A DNA stretch of 38,291 nucleotides, taken from contig JANWHC010000028.1 in the NCBI GenBank assembly GCA_025450615.1, positions 1-38,291 on the forward strand. Reading direction: 5' to 3'. A program made the translations under genes and the position numbers. The notes beneath the pieces were generated by a model. That model had not been told where the DNA came from, did not search any database, and saw only the letters and a program-made list of their open reading frames with translations. Below, in pieces: positions 37,226-38,291 of the stretch (the first letter of the stretch is position 1; each line of letters begins with the position of its first letter). This stretch comes from Minisyncoccota bacterium. Its GTDB lineage: Bacteria; Patescibacteriota; Minisyncoccia; Phycocordibacterales; DATDWN01.

Positions 37226-37660
37226 ATGTTCATAGGAGAGTATACACACACCATTGATGATAAAAACAGACTTTCGCTTCCAGCAAAGTTTAGAACAGAG
37301 ATGGGAAAAAAAGTTGTGATAACTCCGGGACTCGATAATTGCTTGTTTGTGTTTACACAAAAAGAATGGAGTGGAATTTCCGAAAGATTAAATCAATCTT
37401 CACTTCTTCAAGCGGACAACCGAAGCTTTAACCGTTTTATGTTTGCAGGAGCAACAGACGCGGAGATTGATTCAATCGGTCGAATCCTCATACCAGATTT
37501 TTTGCGAGATAGAGCAAATTTGAAAAATAAAGTTGTGGTTATCGGAGTTTCAAGTCGCGTTGAAATATGGAACGAAAAAACTTGGGCTGATTACAAGAAA
37601 GTTGTCGAGAAGCAAGCTGACACTCTTGCCGAAAAGCTCGGTTCAGTCGGTGTTCTATAA
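37226..37660 (+). CDS. mraZ: Division/cell wall cluster regulator MraZ
   Basis: MFIGEYTHTIDDKNRLSLPAKFR, IDSIGRILIP, VEIW. Confidence 0.97.
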   Translation: MFIGEYTHTIDDKNRLSLPAKFRTEMGKKVVITPGLDNCLFVFTQKEWSGISERLNQSSLLQADNRSFNRFMFAGATDAEIDSIGRILIPDFLRDRANLKNKVVVIGVSSRVEIWNEKTWADYKKVVEKQADTLAEKLGSVGVL

Positions 37661-37663
37661 AAC

Positions 37664-38291
37664 ATGCAACACAAAACTGTTCTTTTACAAGAAGCAATAG
37701 ATGGGCTGCAATTAAAGGAAGGTGAAGTTTTTGTTGATGGTACTTTAGGTGGTGGAGGGCACACTTTAGAAGTTTTCAATCGCTTCAACGATAAAGTTCG
37801 ACTTATTGGTATCGATTTAGATATTGACGCTGAAGTGAGAGCGAAAAAAAGACTACCTAAAAATACTGAGTTTGAATTTCTTTATGGAAGTTTTCGAAAC
37901 ATGAGAACTTTACTCAAAGATATAAACGTAACCGAAGTCGACAAAATTTTACTAGACATAGGATTATCCTCAAATCAGTTTGAAGATTCAGGTCGGGGAT
38001 TCTCGTTTCAAAAAAATGAGCCTCTGATCATGTCCTTCAAAAAGGATTTGAAACCAGAGGACTTAACTGCTCGCGAAATAGTAAACACTTGGGATTTAGA
38101 AAATATTTCAACTATTTTGAAAAGCTATGGTGAAGAGCAGTTTGCTTGGAAGATAGCTAAAGCCATCGTGGCCAGACGAGTAGAGAAGTCAATTGATACA
38201 ACTTTCGATCTAGTAGAAATAATCAAGATTGCAACTCCAAAGTGGTATGGGCATAAAAAAATCCATCCTGCCACTAAAACCTTTCAAGCCC
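37664..38291 (+). CDS. rsmH: 16S rRNA m4C1402 methyltransferase (3' truncated by window)
   Basis: MQHKTVLLQE, DGTLGGGGHT, LDIGLSS, RGFSF, YGEE, HPATKTFQA; follows mraZ. Confidence 0.96.
   Translation, partial: MQHKTVLLQEAIDGLQLKEGEVFVDGTLGGGGHTLEVFNRFNDKVRLIGIDLDIDAEVRAKKRLPKNTEFEFLYGSFRNMRTLLKDINVTEVDKILLDIGLSSNQFEDSGRGFSFQKNEPLIMSFKKDLKPEDLTAREIVNTWDLENISTILKSYGEEQFAWKIAKAIVARRVEKSIDTTFDLVEIIKIATPKWYGHKKIHPATKTFQA

Noticed and set aside
121..37788. Many short antisense or overlapping ORFs in the track (e.g. 4621-5049, 20301-20720, 24563-24871)
   Set aside because: Shadow frames of well-supported genes with no motifs or initiation signals.
1..38291. CRISPR array or recognisable defence operon
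   Set aside because: No regularly spaced direct repeats or cas genes seen; the Cas4-like domain is part of the helicase fusion.

Overview
AT-rich bacterial chromosome segment (standard code). The gene set (compact ProRS, ATPase-less PriA, two MreB paralogs, short delta'-like protein) suggests Patescibacteria/CPR, probably Parcubacteria; this is an inference. The backbone is housekeeping: rpoD 3' end, UvrD-PD-(D/E)XK helicase-nuclease, dsbA, uppP, hisS, truB, typA, tRNA-Asn, hpf, priA-def-fmt, mreB, frr, rseP, proS, mreBC(D)-mrdA, greA, lysS, mraZ-rsmH. Most backbone genes have a -10 box 6-9 nt before the ATG and no Shine-Dalgarno (SD), so they look leaderless. About ten GC-richer, self-contained mini transcription units sit between them, each with its own promoter and hairpin terminator and, when coding, a strong SD. 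Their cargo is three tandem divergent XRE-like HTH proteins, a Zn-ribbon protein, a secreted M48-like peptidase, a secreted JAB-like protein, a 17-aa peptide and three candidate structured ncRNAs. Four units share a promoter/start signature. Nested-palindrome intergenic elements also occur, one of them built from copies of the tRNA-Asn 3' end.
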